DNA of 64,000 bases from an uncultured Chloroflexia bacterium. Its GTDB lineage: Bacteria; Chloroflexota; Limnocylindria; Limnocylindrales; CSP1-4. Numbering within the stretch: position 1 is the stretch's first letter; every line of letters begins with the position of its first letter. This document shows positions 1-9,786 of the stretch, piece by piece. The notes under the pieces were generated by a model. It saw nothing but the letters and a program-made list of their open reading frames with translations. It made no database searches and was not told where the DNA came from. The position numbers and the translations under genes are program-made. The stretch spans positions 968,944-1,032,943 of the forward strand of contig CAVUFD010000002.1 of NCBI GenBank assembly GCA_963740825.1, written 5' to 3'.

Positions 1-189
1 GAGGCGGTCGAGGATCGGCAGGGTGAAGGCCGCCGTCTTGCCGGTGCCGGTCTGCGCGGCGGCGAGCACGTCGGTGCCCTGGAGGACGAGAGGGATCGCC
101 CGTTCCTGCACCGGCGTCGGCTCGGTGTACCCCTCTTCCGTGACGGTCCGCAACAGGATGTCGGACAGGCCTAGCTCATCGAAGCGCAA
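1..189 (-). CDS. DEAD/DEAH-box RNA helicase, RhlE-like; N-terminal part, truncated by window edge
   Basis: Not in ORF track. Manual translation from TTG at 189: [55 protein letters not shown] (Q motif, Walker A); GGAG upstream. Confidence 0.9.
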   Translation of the reverse strand, partial: MRFDELGLSDILLRTVTEEGYTEPTPVQERAIPLVLQGTDVLAAAQTGTGKTAAFTLPILDRL

Positions 190-327
190 GGTTGGTCGGG
201 TTCTCCAGATGGCGGTCGCATGGGCAGCGACCCGGTGGCGTATCTCGTATTCGGCGCGGCGCCCACCCGGCTGCGCGGGGGCGGCGGCTATCGCCGGTCG
301 CGCGGAGCATACCCGACAATGGCCCGG

Positions 328-828
328 ATGGGCGCACAGGGAACGCGCGCGATCGAGGCGGCGCGCCGCGCCGGGATCTCGTACTCGGTGCATGAATACG
401 CGCACGACGACCGCGCGACGCTGCGCGAAGGCGGCCGCGGCTATGCGCTCGAGGCGGTCGCGGCGCTGGACCTGATCCCGGCCCGGGTGTTCAAGACGCT
501 GGTCGTCTCGGTCGACGGACGGACCGGGATCGCGGCCGTGCCGGCGGATGCCGAGCTGGATCTGAAGGCGGTGGCCGATGCGCTGGGCGGCCGCAGGGCC
601 ACCATGGCCGACCCCGCCGAGGCCGAGCGGGCGACGGGCTACGTGCTGGGCGGGATCAGCCCGCTGGGGACGCGCCGGCGGCTTCCGACCGTGCTCGACG
701 CCTCTGGTGCGGACTGGCCGACCATCCACGTCTCCGCCGGGCGGCGTGGCCTCGACCTCGAGCTGGCCGCCGCCGATCTCCTGCGACTGACCGCGGGCGT
801 CGCGGCCCGGATCGCCCGTCGCGGCTGA
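328..828 (+). CDS. ybaK: YbaK/EbsC Cys-tRNA(Pro) deacylase
   Basis: [29 protein letters not shown] motifs; start re-called to ATG 328 (GACAAT-N7-ATG). Confidence 0.9.
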   Translation: MGAQGTRAIEAARRAGISYSVHEYAHDDRATLREGGRGYALEAVAALDLIPARVFKTLVVSVDGRTGIAAVPADAELDLKAVADALGGRRATMADPAEAERATGYVLGGISPLGTRRRLPTVLDASGADWPTIHVSAGRRGLDLELAAADLLRLTAGVAARIARRG

Positions 829-836
829 GGCCGCGT

Positions 837-1649
837 CTACCCGGCGATCTCCGCCCGTTCCGTCCACAGGGCGGCGAGCACGAGCGCCCCGATCAGCCAG
901 AGCGCCACCACCACGACCGCCAGGTCCGGTCCGAGGCTCACGGTAGGCCCGCCCCCACCCCCACCGCCACCGGCCGACGTGTCGACGATCACCGCGGACG
1001 CCGCCGAGAACGGGAACCACTTGAACACCTCGGGCAGGAAGATCCCGGCGATGTTCTGGACCACCAGCAGCCCGATGCCGACGCCGATGCCCGCGAGCTG
1101 GCTGCGCGCGACGGTCGCGATCGCGAACCCGATCGCCGCCTCCATGGACAGCGCGAGCGACGCGCGGCCGATGAGCTCGGGCAGCGACAGGATGGCGGAC
1201 TGCTGGCCAGCGCCATCGAGCGACGCCCCGAGGATGGCCGAGCCGATCGCGGCCCCCAGGAGCGCCAGTGCGTAGGCGGCCAGGAACCCGACGACGACGA
1301 CCACGACGACGCCGAGATAGCCGACGAGCGTGTAGCGACTCCGGCTCTCGCCGCGGGCGATCGCCGCCTTGAGGGTCCCCCACGGCCATTCGGAGCCCGC
1401 GATGGCGGCCCCGAAGGTGAGCGCCAGGATCCCGCCCAGTCCCAGGACGAGCGAGGCCGCGTTCGTGTATGCGCCCGGAAAGGTCACGACCAAAAGCGCC
1501 GCGATCTTCGCCTGCGGGTTCTCCGATTGCTGCGAGCTGGCGATGAGCGCGAGGTACAGGAGCGCGACGAGGGCGACGAGCAGCAGGAACGTCACCCAGG
1601 TCGCGGGTCGCCGGACGAGCCTGCGCAGGTTGGCGCGCAGCAGCCTCAC
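837..1649 (-). CDS. ABC transporter permease (ABC-2 type)
   Basis: Several TM helices, [11 protein letters not shown] motif; GTG overlaps upstream TGA (GTGA). Confidence 0.85.
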   Translation of the reverse strand: MRLLRANLRRLVRRPATWVTFLLLVALVALLYLALIASSQQSENPQAKIAALLVVTFPGAYTNAASLVLGLGGILALTFGAAIAGSEWPWGTLKAAIARGESRSRYTLVGYLGVVVVVVVGFLAAYALALLGAAIGSAILGASLDGAGQQSAILSLPELIGRASLALSMEAAIGFAIATVARSQLAGIGVGIGLLVVQNIAGIFLPEVFKWFPFSAASAVIVDTSAGGGGGGGGPTVSLGPDLAVVVVALWLIGALVLAALWTERAEIAG

Positions 1650-2683
1650 GACTTCCACCCGGTCGGCTCGGGCTTGCTGCCGGGATCCGTGACCCACACC
1701 GTCGGCAGGGCGCCCGGACCGCCCGCTGCGTCGCCCGGCCCCCCGCCGACGTCGGGCCGCGACGCCGTCAGCTCCAGGAACAGCGATTCGAGGTTTGCGC
1801 CGCCCTCGATCCGCGACGCGAACACATCCGCACTCGCGAGCGCGCGGTTCAGCTCGGACGACTTCGCCGGGTCCACTTTCACGCTGATCCAGCCGGCCTC
1901 CGGACCGCCCTCGGGGGTCACCATCCCGGCGCCCGCGACGAGCGTGAGCACCTTCGCCGCCGTGGCGACCTCCGCGGGCGCCACCCGGATCCGGATCGAT
2001 CCCTCCTCGCGCAGCAGGGTCTCGACGGAGCCCTCGCGGATCAGCCGGCCGTGGCCGATGATCCCGACCACGTCCGCCAGCTGCTGGACCTCGGACAGGA
2101 TGTGGCTCGAGACGAACACGGTCTTGCCCGACGCGGCGAGCGCGCGCAGCGAATCGCGCATGCCGACGATCCCGGCCGGGTCGAGGCCGTTGGCCGGCTC
2201 GTCGAGCAGCAGCAGCTTCGGGTCGTTCAGCAGGGCAGCCGCGATCCCGAGCCGCTGCTTCATGCCCAGGGAATAGCCCGAGACCTTGTCCCTGCCGCGC
2301 TCGCCGAGGTTCACGAGCTCCAGGAGCTGGTCGATGCGCGCGTTCGTCACCGGCGCTCCCGTCGCCGCCAGCGCCCGCAGGTTCTCGCGGCCCGACAGGA
2401 ACGGGTAGAACGACGGGGACTCGATCAGGGCGCCGACCTCGAACAGGCGCTTGCGGTCGCGCCGTCCGAATGGCCGCCCCAGCAGCTCGACCCGCCCGCT
2501 GTCCGGCCGGATCAGGCCGGTGAGGATCCGCATCGTCGTGGTCTTGCCGGCCCCGTTCGGGCCGAGGAACCCGTACACGACGCCCGTCGGCACGCGCAGG
2601 TCCAGCCCGTCGAGCGCGACCTGGGATCCGTACTTCTTGGCGAGCCCCTCGGTCGCCAGCGCCACCCCAGGATCAGCCGTCAC
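1646..2683 (-). CDS. ABC transporter ATP-binding protein
   Basis: [27 protein letters not shown] switch; GGAGG upstream of GTG 2683. Confidence 0.95.
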   Translation of the reverse strand: MTADPGVALATEGLAKKYGSQVALDGLDLRVPTGVVYGFLGPNGAGKTTTMRILTGLIRPDSGRVELLGRPFGRRDRKRLFEVGALIESPSFYPFLSGRENLRALAATGAPVTNARIDQLLELVNLGERGRDKVSGYSLGMKQRLGIAAALLNDPKLLLLDEPANGLDPAGIVGMRDSLRALAASGKTVFVSSHILSEVQQLADVVGIIGHGRLIREGSVETLLREEGSIRIRVAPAEVATAAKVLTLVAGAGMVTPEGGPEAGWISVKVDPAKSSELNRALASADVFASRIEGGANLESLFLELTASRPDVGGGPGDAAGGPGALPTVWVTDPGSKPEPTGWKS

Positions 2684-3079
2684 CCTCGCCTCCCGCGAAC
2701 TCTCACGCACCTGGTCGGGGTGCGGCTACGCACCAAACGATAGCCCAGGGTTGATGACCTAAATGGCGGATGGCGGTCCCGGGATTGGAGGGGTTCACTA
2801 CAAACCCATCGGCGTGGCATACTTCCCCGGTCCAGGGGGATGCCCACCCGAACGCAGACAGGCCCACAACCGAAGAGCCGTCGTCACGGACAGGCACCTG
2901 TCGCGCCCCATCGGGTGGCCCGCCCACCCGGCCCCGGATCGTCCCAGGCGATCCACGTCGCCCGCCCTGCGGTTTCCGACGCGCCGCCCCCCGCCGCCCC
3001 TGCGCTGCCCCCGACGGCCACCACTCCCACCGTCGCCCTGCCCCATGCATGGCGTTCCGGCAGAGAGGAGGCAAGACGA

Positions 3080-3925
3080 TTGCCCGATAGCGAACGAGGC
3101 GCCCAGCGGGCGTCAACCAGGAAGCTCCGGTCCGCGCTGACCGTCGTCTTCGCCGCCCTCGTCATCGTGACCGCGATGAGCGCCACGGCCCCGCAGGCCC
3201 AGGCCGCGTCCCAGAAGGTCGTCATCGTCGTCGGTCCCGTCGGTTCCGCCACCGACAGCTACAAGCACGGTGCCCGCAAGCTCGCCGACAAGGCTCGCAG
3301 CTACGGCGCCCACGTGGTGGAGATCTACAGCCCCTACGCGACGTGGTCACGCGTCCACGACGCCGCCCAGGGCGCGAACCTGCTGATCTACCTCGGCCAC
3401 GGCAACGGCTGGCCCAGCCCGTATCACCCGTTCATGGACACGTCGAAGGACGGCATGGGCCTCAACGCCAGCTCCGGCCACGGCAACTCGAATACCAAGT
3501 ATTACGGCGAGTACTACATGGAGCGCCTCGGCCTCGCCTCCCACGCGGTGGTCGTGCTCAACCGCCTGTGCTACGCGTCGGGCAACAACGAGTGGGGCGC
3601 CGGCAACCCGAGCCTCAAGACCGCGAAGAAGCGGGTCGACAACTACGGGTTCGGGTTCATCAAGGGCGGCGCCCAGGCCGTCTTCGCCAGCGGGATCACC
3701 GACGTGGGCTACGTGCTGAAGGGCCTGTTCGCGGGCTCCAGGACGACGTCGATGTCGGACCTGTTCTGGAGCGACCCGACGCGGACTGTCCGGTACAAGG
3801 TCAGCTTCGACTCGAAGCGGATCAACGGGGTCTCGGCGCGCATGGACCCGTACAGGGCGCACCGCTACTACCGGTCGGTCGTCGGACGCCTCAACACGAC
3901 GGTGGGGGACTGGCGCAGCGGCTGA
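3080..3925 (+). CDS. Secreted protein with a caspase/CHAT-like His-Gly...Cys pattern
   Basis: TTG start after GAGAGGAGG; signal peptide ending AQA-A; IYLGHG and VVVLNRLCYASG segments. Confidence 0.7.
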   Translation: MPDSERGAQRASTRKLRSALTVVFAALVIVTAMSATAPQAQAASQKVVIVVGPVGSATDSYKHGARKLADKARSYGAHVVEIYSPYATWSRVHDAAQGANLLIYLGHGNGWPSPYHPFMDTSKDGMGLNASSGHGNSNTKYYGEYYMERLGLASHAVVVLNRLCYASGNNEWGAGNPSLKTAKKRVDNYGFGFIKGGAQAVFASGITDVGYVLKGLFAGSRTTSMSDLFWSDPTRTVRYKVSFDSKRINGVSARMDPYRAHRYYRSVVGRLNTTVGDWRSG

Positions 3926-3953
3926 TCCCCGGTCGCCCATCCGGATAGAACCA

Positions 3954-3987
3954 GGAACGGCGCCGCTCGTGAGGCCGGCGCCGTTCC
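3954..3987. terminator. Stem-loop between convergent genes (probable terminator)
   Basis: GGAACGGCGCCG-loop-CGGCGCCGTTCC, 12-bp perfect stem. Confidence 0.7.
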
Positions 3988-4027
3988 GATTCCCCTGACC
4001 GACGGGTTCACCGCCGGCGGGCGCCGA

Positions 4028-5299
4028 TCAGACGGGGGCGGCGATACCGGCCGGCACCGCGTCGCGCTCGGCGCGGAACAGGAACCAGGCCACGACCGCC
4101 GCGAGCAGCGCCACCGCGCCGCCGAGCGCGAACACGACGCGGATCCCGGTGACGTCGGCGAGGATGCCGGCCACCGCCATCGAGGCGATCGAGGCCGTCT
4201 GGATGGCGGCGTTGAGCGCGCCGGCGACCCGGCCTCGCGTCTCGTTCGTCGTCGCGCGCTGGACGATCGTCATCGTCGTCGCCTGGACCGGCATCACGAA
4301 CCAGCCGACGGCGAACATCAGGAGCAGCAGGGCCCACGGGCCGGGGGCGATCGACAGCAGGCCGACGCACACGGCCAGGCCGGCGATGCCGCCCACGAAC
4401 AGGCGCGGGATGCTGAACCGGGTCGCCAGGCCACCCATGACGCCGCCCGCGAGGATCATCGAGATGGTCTGGGCGCCCTCGAGCGGACCGGCCCAGGCCG
4501 GGCTCGCGCCGAGGTCGTCGACCAGGAACGGGATGAACAGCACGTTGATCGCGCCGACGCCGAGCATGACCACGGACACGCCGCCGAGTGCGGCCACCAG
4601 CCAGCGGGAGCGCCCGATGATGCGCAGCCCGTCCGCGACCGCGCCGCCCAGTCCCTGCGTCTTCGCCTTGGCGACGGCGAGCGCGTCCGGTCGGCCGAGC
4701 TCGCGTGTCACGCCGTAGACGAGCACGACCGACACGAGGAACGTCGCCGCGTCGATGACGATGACCGGCCACACGACGCCGGCCACGCCGGCGATCAGCC
4801 CGGTCACGCCGGCGCCGATGACGCCCGCCACCATGCGCGTGGCCTGGCCGATGGAGTTCGCGACCAGGAGGCCTTCGGCCGGGACGACGCGCGGCAGCAT
4901 CGCCATCCGGGCCGGCGAGAAGAAGGTGCCGATGACCGCCTGGATGCACGCGAGCGCGAACAGGAGGGCGACGGCGTCGCGGGTCGCCGCGAACACGATC
5001 CCCAGCACGACGACCGCCCGGAGGCTGTCGGCGGCGAGCATGATCCGCCGCCGGTCGTGGCGGTCGGCCCACGCCCCGGCGAACAGGCCGACGGTGACCG
5101 GCGGCAGCGCGACGAGGATCGACAGCAGCGCGATCGCCGCGGTCGAGCCGGTGAGGTCGAGGACCAACAGGAACAGGGCGAGGTAGGTCATCCCGTCCCC
5201 GATGTCCGAGATCGCCTGCGCGAGGTAGAGGCGCCGGAAGTCGGGGATGCGGAGCAGATCGCGGAAGCCGATCGCGGCCGCGGTGGGCTGGTCAGTCAT
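4028..5299 (-). CDS. MFS transporter (DHA3/MefA-like)
   Basis: DFRRLYLAQAISDIGD, GAWADRHDRRR motif A, about 12 TM; ATG overlaps regulator stop. Confidence 0.9.
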   Translation of the reverse strand: MTDQPTAAAIGFRDLLRIPDFRRLYLAQAISDIGDGMTYLALFLLVLDLTGSTAAIALLSILVALPPVTVGLFAGAWADRHDRRRIMLAADSLRAVVVLGIVFAATRDAVALLFALACIQAVIGTFFSPARMAMLPRVVPAEGLLVANSIGQATRMVAGVIGAGVTGLIAGVAGVVWPVIVIDAATFLVSVVLVYGVTRELGRPDALAVAKAKTQGLGGAVADGLRIIGRSRWLVAALGGVSVVMLGVGAINVLFIPFLVDDLGASPAWAGPLEGAQTISMILAGGVMGGLATRFSIPRLFVGGIAGLAVCVGLLSIAPGPWALLLLMFAVGWFVMPVQATTMTIVQRATTNETRGRVAGALNAAIQTASIASMAVAGILADVTGIRVVFALGGAVALLAAVVAWFLFRAERDAVPAGIAAPV

Positions 5300-5993
5300 C
5301 GTTCGCTCCATCGCTGTCGGGCTGGGGTGACGTGTCGTCTTCGTCGCCGTCGTCGGCCATCGCCGCGGGCCGGGGCATCGGATACACCGCGAACACCAGG
5401 CCGTACGCCTCGCCGTCGGGATCCGGGTCCTCGCCGAACTCGTCCTCGAGCGCCTTGATCCGCTCGCGGAGCTCCGCGGCCCGGGCGGGGGAGAGCCGGG
5501 CGAGACCCCGGGACAGGACCACGCGACGCTCGGCCGGGGCATCCTCGGCCGTGTCGATGACGCCACTCCGGATGGCCTCCTCGATCTCGTTGCGAGCCGT
5601 GTCGAACACCGTCACGAGGGTGTCGTGGAGGACCTGGCGCTGGGCCTCGGAGTCGCCGGCGAGGAGCCGTCGATCGAGCTGGAACGAGGTGGCGACGACG
5701 CGATAGCGCGTCTCGATGATCCCGGACACGATCCGCCGCTCGACGGGCCGGATGAGGTCGCGCTCGAGCAGCTGCTCGACGTGGTGGTAGAGGCGGGTCT
5801 GGGGCACGCCGATCTCGGCCGCCAGCTCCTTGACCGACCAGGCGGGGTCCTGGCGCTGGACCATCGTCTCGAGGATCCGGAGGCGGGTCGGGTCCGAGAT
5901 CGCGCGCAGGCTCTCGATGTCGCCGATCATCCGGACGTCCTGGGGCAGGAAGTCGGGATCGAGCGGGACTTGGTCACGCGGATCGCTTGACAT
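5292..5993 (-). CDS. ArsR-like winged-HTH regulator with C-terminal extension
   Basis: LRAISDPTRLRIL, SVKELAAEIGVPQTRLYHHVEQL; GGAG SD. Confidence 0.85.
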   Translation of the reverse strand: MSSDPRDQVPLDPDFLPQDVRMIGDIESLRAISDPTRLRILETMVQRQDPAWSVKELAAEIGVPQTRLYHHVEQLLERDLIRPVERRIVSGIIETRYRVVATSFQLDRRLLAGDSEAQRQVLHDTLVTVFDTARNEIEEAIRSGVIDTAEDAPAERRVVLSRGLARLSPARAAELRERIKALEDEFGEDPDPDGEAYGLVFAVYPMPRPAAMADDGDEDDTSPQPDSDGANDD

Positions 5994-6006
5994 TCGCTCT
6001 CCATAG

Positions 6007-6030
6007 ATCATTCAACAGAAGTTGAACGAT
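6007..6030. promoter_or_regulatory. Palindromic operator candidate upstream of the HTH-MFS operon
   Basis: ATCaTTCAAC-agaa-GTTGAAcGAT; minus-strand TTGACA at 6053-6058. Confidence 0.6.
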
Positions 6031-6106
6031 AGGATGCACGCTGAACGGCGGTTGTCAAGAGGGTTCCTCGCGCGCCGACAGCATGTCGATGCGGCACCAT
6101 GGGCGG

Positions 6107-6952
6107 ATGCCCGACCGGACCGCCAACGTCGATGATGGGTGGCGCGCCGTGCGCGCGGCCTCACCGGCCCTCGACGCGGGCGCCCGCCGCGGGCGGCTGA
6201 CGTTCCTCGGCCACTCGACGGTGCTGATCGAGGTCGACGACCTGCGCATCCTCACCGACCCGGTGCTGCGCGACGGGGTCGGCCCGGTGCGGCGGCAGGT
6301 GCAGGCGGTGCTGCCCGAGCTGTTCGCGGACCTCGACGCCGTGTTCATCAGCCACGGCCATCACGACCACCTCGACCCGCCCTCCCTGCGCCGCATCCCG
6401 GGCAAGCCGACGGTCATCGTCCCGCGCGGCTTCCGTCGCTTCGGCGAGCGCGCCGGCCTGGGCCCGGTCGAGGAGGTGGAGCCAGGTGACCGGCTGACGA
6501 TCGACCGCGTGCGATTCGAGGTCACCTACGCGGAGCACTCCGGCCGGCGCGAGCCGCTCGGGCCCAGCGGCCCGGCGATCGGCTGCGTGCTGGCTGGATC
6601 GCGAACCGTGTACTTCCCCGGCGACACCGACCTGTTCCCGGCGATGGGCGAGCTGGCGGGCAGGCTCGACGTCGCCATGCTCCCCGTGTGGGGCTGGGGC
6701 CCGACGATCGGCGAGGGGCACCTCAACCCGGTGCGCGCCGCGGCGGCGGCCGCCATCCTTCGAGCGCGACTGGCCGTCCCCATCCACTGGGGCACCTTCT
6801 ATCCCGCCGGGATGCGGCGGGTCGCGCCGGGGCCGTTCGACGAGCCCGGCCGCCAGTTCGCCACGGCGCTGGCGGGGTTCGCGCCCGATCTCGAGGCCCG
6901 CGTCCTGGCGCCGGGCGAAGGCCTGGACCTGCCCGAGCCCAAGTCACCCTAG
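6107..6952 (+). CDS. MBL-fold metallo-hydrolase (UlaG/NAPE-PLD-like)
   Basis: FLGHST, SHGHHDHLD, YFPGDT, PIHWGTF. Confidence 0.9.
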   Translation: MPDRTANVDDGWRAVRAASPALDAGARRGRLTFLGHSTVLIEVDDLRILTDPVLRDGVGPVRRQVQAVLPELFADLDAVFISHGHHDHLDPPSLRRIPGKPTVIVPRGFRRFGERAGLGPVEEVEPGDRLTIDRVRFEVTYAEHSGRREPLGPSGPAIGCVLAGSRTVYFPGDTDLFPAMGELAGRLDVAMLPVWGWGPTIGEGHLNPVRAAAAAAILRARLAVPIHWGTFYPAGMRRVAPGPFDEPGRQFATALAGFAPDLEARVLAPGEGLDLPEPKSP

Positions 6953-7027
6953 GCCCCGATCGCGAGGCGCGCCCAGCTGGCCACCGGTGGAAGCCATCCC
7001 TTCGTCCGGCACGGAGCCGGATCGGAC

Positions 7028-7170
7028 AGCTGCACGCCAGGCGTTCACTGCAGCGGTCGAACCGGCGATTCGCACGCCGAGCGTGCAAACCAGCGGTTGT
7101 CGGGCCCAGAACCGGCGAGTGGGTCGCGTGGCGTGCAGCTCAGCGGCGGAGCCGCTGCAGTGAACGCTGG
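7028..7170. repeat. Mosaic of inverted and 50-bp-spaced direct repeats with attC-like core
   Basis: 16-bp IR 7041-7056/7152-7167; 12-bp IR 7028-7039/7129-7140; GAACCGGCGA at 7059 and 7109. Confidence 0.6.
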
Positions 7171-7206
7171 GCGGTCAGCGCTGCTCGACCGCGCCCGAGA
7201 CGCGAC

Positions 7207-7230
7207 GAACCCCGCCGTTGCCGGCGGGTT
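7207..7230 (-). terminator. Stem-loop downstream of the 39-aa small ORF
   Basis: GAACCCGCCG-ttgc-CGGCGGGTTC, perfect 10-bp stem. Confidence 0.7.
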
Positions 7231-7255
7231 CACGCATGGGAGCGAGGAGCAGGGA

Positions 7256-7375
7256 TCAGCCGAACGCGACGTGCGCGACGATCCCGAGCGCGGTGAGGAA
7301 GATCACGAGGAGGAGCAGGAGGGCGGGGAAGACGCCGACCGCGTCGACTTCGAGATATTGGCTCTGTGCGGACAT
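7256..7375 (-). CDS. 39-aa single-TM small protein, below ORF-track cutoff
   Basis: MSAQSQYLEVDAVGVFPALLLLLVIFLTALGIVAHVAFG*; AAAGGAGA SD; downstream hairpin. Confidence 0.75.
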   Translation of the reverse strand: MSAQSQYLEVDAVGVFPALLLLLVIFLTALGIVAHVAFG

Positions 7376-7559
7376 CTGGCGTCTCCTTTCTGGTCCAGAT
7401 CAGCTGGCCGTCGGGGTGGCGGCCGATGACCAGAGATTGCCGCACGGCCGGTCCCGCACCCACCGTCGCGCGCCACGACGACTGGGCCACGAACGACCGC
7501 TCGTGCGATGGACGGATGACGATGTCCGAGGCCCGATGCGCACCGGCGCCAGGAACGGG

Positions 7560-8759
7560 TCAGCTCGCCCAGGCCACGTGCCACACCCGCCACAGGGCCG
7601 CGGGATCGGACAGCGGATCGCCGTGGACGAGGAGGAAGTCCGCCGGCCCGCCCTCGCGGATGACGCCGGCGTCCGGCTCGCCCAGCAGCTCGCCGCCACG
7701 CCAGGTGGCGCTGCCGAGCGCCTCCCACGGCTCGAGCCCGGCGGCAACCAGCTGCTCGACCTCCCAGGCGAGCTGGTTCGCCCGCGTCGAGCCGCCGCCG
7801 AAGTCGGTCCCGGTCGAGATCCGGACGCCGGCCCGATGCGCGATCCCCACCGAGGCCAGCGCCCGCTCGCGCCGCGCGGCCGTCCTCGCCCGGCCCTCGT
7901 CGCTCGCGAAGCGCGGCAGATCGGTGGTCGCGGCGAACGTCTGCCACGACGCCATGACCGACAGGGTCGAGACGAGCCGCACGCCGTTCCGCGCCATGGT
8001 CGCGGCGACCTCATCGTCGAGCTCGAACCCGTGCTCGAGCGCGTCCACGCCCGCCTCGGCCCCCGCGCGCGCCCCGGCGAGGTACCCGGAGTGGGCGGTG
8101 ACCCGCGCACCCCGCGCGTGGACCGCCGCGACCACCGCGCGGAGCGCCTCGACCGGCCACGGTGACGCGTCGAGGTCGGGCCCGTCGAGATAGAGCTTCA
8201 CCAGGTCGGCGCCGTCGTCGAGCTGCGCGATCGCCGCGGCGAGGAGCCCGTCGCCATCGGATGCCTCGATCGACAGCGCCGGCATCAGGCCGCTGGCCAT
8301 GATCCACGTCCCCGCCGCGCGCACGTGCGGGTAGCCGGGCCGGCCCCGCCATCGATCACGAATACCGATTGCGAGTGCCCGCTCGCGCCCGCCGTCCTCC
8401 GGGTCGGCACGCCGCACCGAGCCGACGTCGCGCGCCCAGCGCACGCCCGCCCGGGTCAGCAGCCGCGCGTTCGCCTCGGCGACGGCGAGCAGGCGCGCCG
8501 TTGGGTCCGAGCCGCGGTCGATCCAGTGCGCGCCGCCCGGCATCGTCAGGTGGCTGTGGGCATCGACCATCCCGGGCACGATCGTCGAGCCGGACGCGTC
8601 GACAACCTCGGTCGCTCCGCCATCACCGACCGGGCCTTCGTCGTCGGCGGGACGAATCCAGGCCACGCGCCCGTCATCGACCAGGATCGAAACGCCCCGC
8701 TCCAGCCGGTCGGTCCGCCCGTCGGCGAGCACCCCGTCACGGTAGAGGCGCGAAAACAC
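7560..8759 (-). CDS. Amidohydrolase family protein (imidazolonepropionase/prolidase-like)
   Basis: PGMVDAHSHL, VKLY, TAHS, EHG, GTDFG, G-x-I-x-x-G-x-x-AD. Confidence 0.9.
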   Translation of the reverse strand: MFSRLYRDGVLADGRTDRLERGVSILVDDGRVAWIRPADDEGPVGDGGATEVVDASGSTIVPGMVDAHSHLTMPGGAHWIDRGSDPTARLLAVAEANARLLTRAGVRWARDVGSVRRADPEDGGRERALAIGIRDRWRGRPGYPHVRAAGTWIMASGLMPALSIEASDGDGLLAAAIAQLDDGADLVKLYLDGPDLDASPWPVEALRAVVAAVHARGARVTAHSGYLAGARAGAEAGVDALEHGFELDDEVAATMARNGVRLVSTLSVMASWQTFAATTDLPRFASDEGRARTAARRERALASVGIAHRAGVRISTGTDFGGGSTRANQLAWEVEQLVAAGLEPWEALGSATWRGGELLGEPDAGVIREGGPADFLLVHGDPLSDPAALWRVWHVAWAS

Positions 8760-9208
8760 GGCTTGCGGCCCTCGCGCAGCATCTCGACCGCCTTCGCCAC
8801 GCGGCGCTTGCGCGTCTCCTCGTTCTTCGTGCCCTCGACGTTGAGCACGAACCAGCGGCGGTGGCTGTAGGACAGCCCGTCGAAGAACGCCCGCGCCGTC
8901 GGCTCGTCGTCGAGGGCCGCCGCCAGGTCGGGCGGGACCTCGACCTCGCGGGGGGCCGTGTCGAGGGCGACGTCCACCTCGACCTGGTCGCCCGCCTCGA
9001 CCCCGGCAGCGGTGCGGTGCTCGGCCGCGAGCGGAAGCATGAACACGTCCCCGTAGGCCGCGATCGTGCTGCGGTACGTGTAGCCGTTGATGGTCACGCT
9101 GACCGCCGGCCGCTTCTTCCCCTGGCCGAGCGCCTCGACGACCTCGGGCGGGACCGGGAACCCGGTCGCCGTGCGCCCCTCGAGCTGGATCGTCGTCGTG
9201 AATTGCAT
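8546..9208 (-). CDS. DUF1905 + YdeI/OmpD-associated protein; 3' end reads through about 214 nt into next gene
   Basis: RPAVSVTINGYTYRSTI, REVEVPPDLAAAL, FFDGLSYSHRRWF, TRKRRVAKAVEML; TACACT-N7-ATG. Confidence 0.85.
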   Translation of the reverse strand: MQFTTTIQLEGRTATGFPVPPEVVEALGQGKKRPAVSVTINGYTYRSTIAAYGDVFMLPLAAEHRTAAGVEAGDQVEVDVALDTAPREVEVPPDLAAALDDEPTARAFFDGLSYSHRRWFVLNVEGTKNEETRKRRVAKAVEMLREGRKPCFRASTVTGCSPTGGPTGWSGAFRSWSMTGAWPGFVPPTTKARSVMAERPRLSTRPARRSCPGWSMPTAT

Positions 9209-9259
9209 GTCGGGGAGTGTAACGCCGGGCCTTCGTGGCGCTCTAACTCGAATATGGAC

Positions 9260-9288
9260 TTGACAATATAGAAAGGCCGCATTAGAAA
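9260..9288 (+). promoter_or_regulatory. Housekeeping-type promoter for the DUF2089 operon
   Basis: TTGACA-N17-TAGAAA in an AT-rich island. Confidence 0.65.
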
Positions 9289-9324
9289 AGAGAAAGACAG
9301 GTTCACACACGACGAGGAACGCCA

Positions 9325-9786
9325 GTGCCGCATGATGTCATCGCCACCTGCCCGGTGTGCTCGGGCGAGCTCGCGGTCACGCGCCTTCGCTGCGGCGATT
9401 GCGGGACCGTCATCGAGGGCGAGTTCGGGGTCGGGCGGTTCGCCCGGCTGACCCGCGAGCAGACGCAGGTGCTCGAGAGCTTCCTCCGCAGCCGCGGCAA
9501 CCTCCGCGACATGGAGCGGGAGCTCGGGATCAGCTACCCCACGGTCCGGGCCCGTGTCGAGGCGCTCATCCGAGCGCTCGGCTTCGGCCCTCGGGACGAG
9601 GGGGAGGCACCGGCCACGGCAGCCGACGACCTCGACACGACCCTGGCGGACGCAGCACAGGCCCTCGCGTCCGCAGCCGAATCCATCCAGGCCGGACGGC
9701 GCGAGATCCTCGAGCAGCTGTCCCGCCACGAGCTGAGCGCCGAGGAGGCCGCGGAGGCCATCCGGGCGCTGGGGAGAACCCGATGA
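9325..9786 (+). CDS. DUF2089 family protein (Zn ribbon + HTH + C-terminal SHOCT-like helix pair)
   Basis: CPVC...CGDC, GNLRDMERELGISYPTVRAR, REILEQLSRHELSAEEA. Confidence 0.9.
   Translation: MPHDVIATCPVCSGELAVTRLRCGDCGTVIEGEFGVGRFARLTREQTQVLESFLRSRGNLRDMERELGISYPTVRARVEALIRALGFGPRDEGEAPATAADDLDTTLADAAQALASAAESIQAGRREILEQLSRHELSAEEAAEAIRALGRTR

Noticed and set aside
2711-3079. Riboswitch (c-di-AMP, glycine, c-di-GMP) in the long leader
   Set aside because: Only small hairpins; conserved consensus motifs not found by eye. An Rfam scan would settle it
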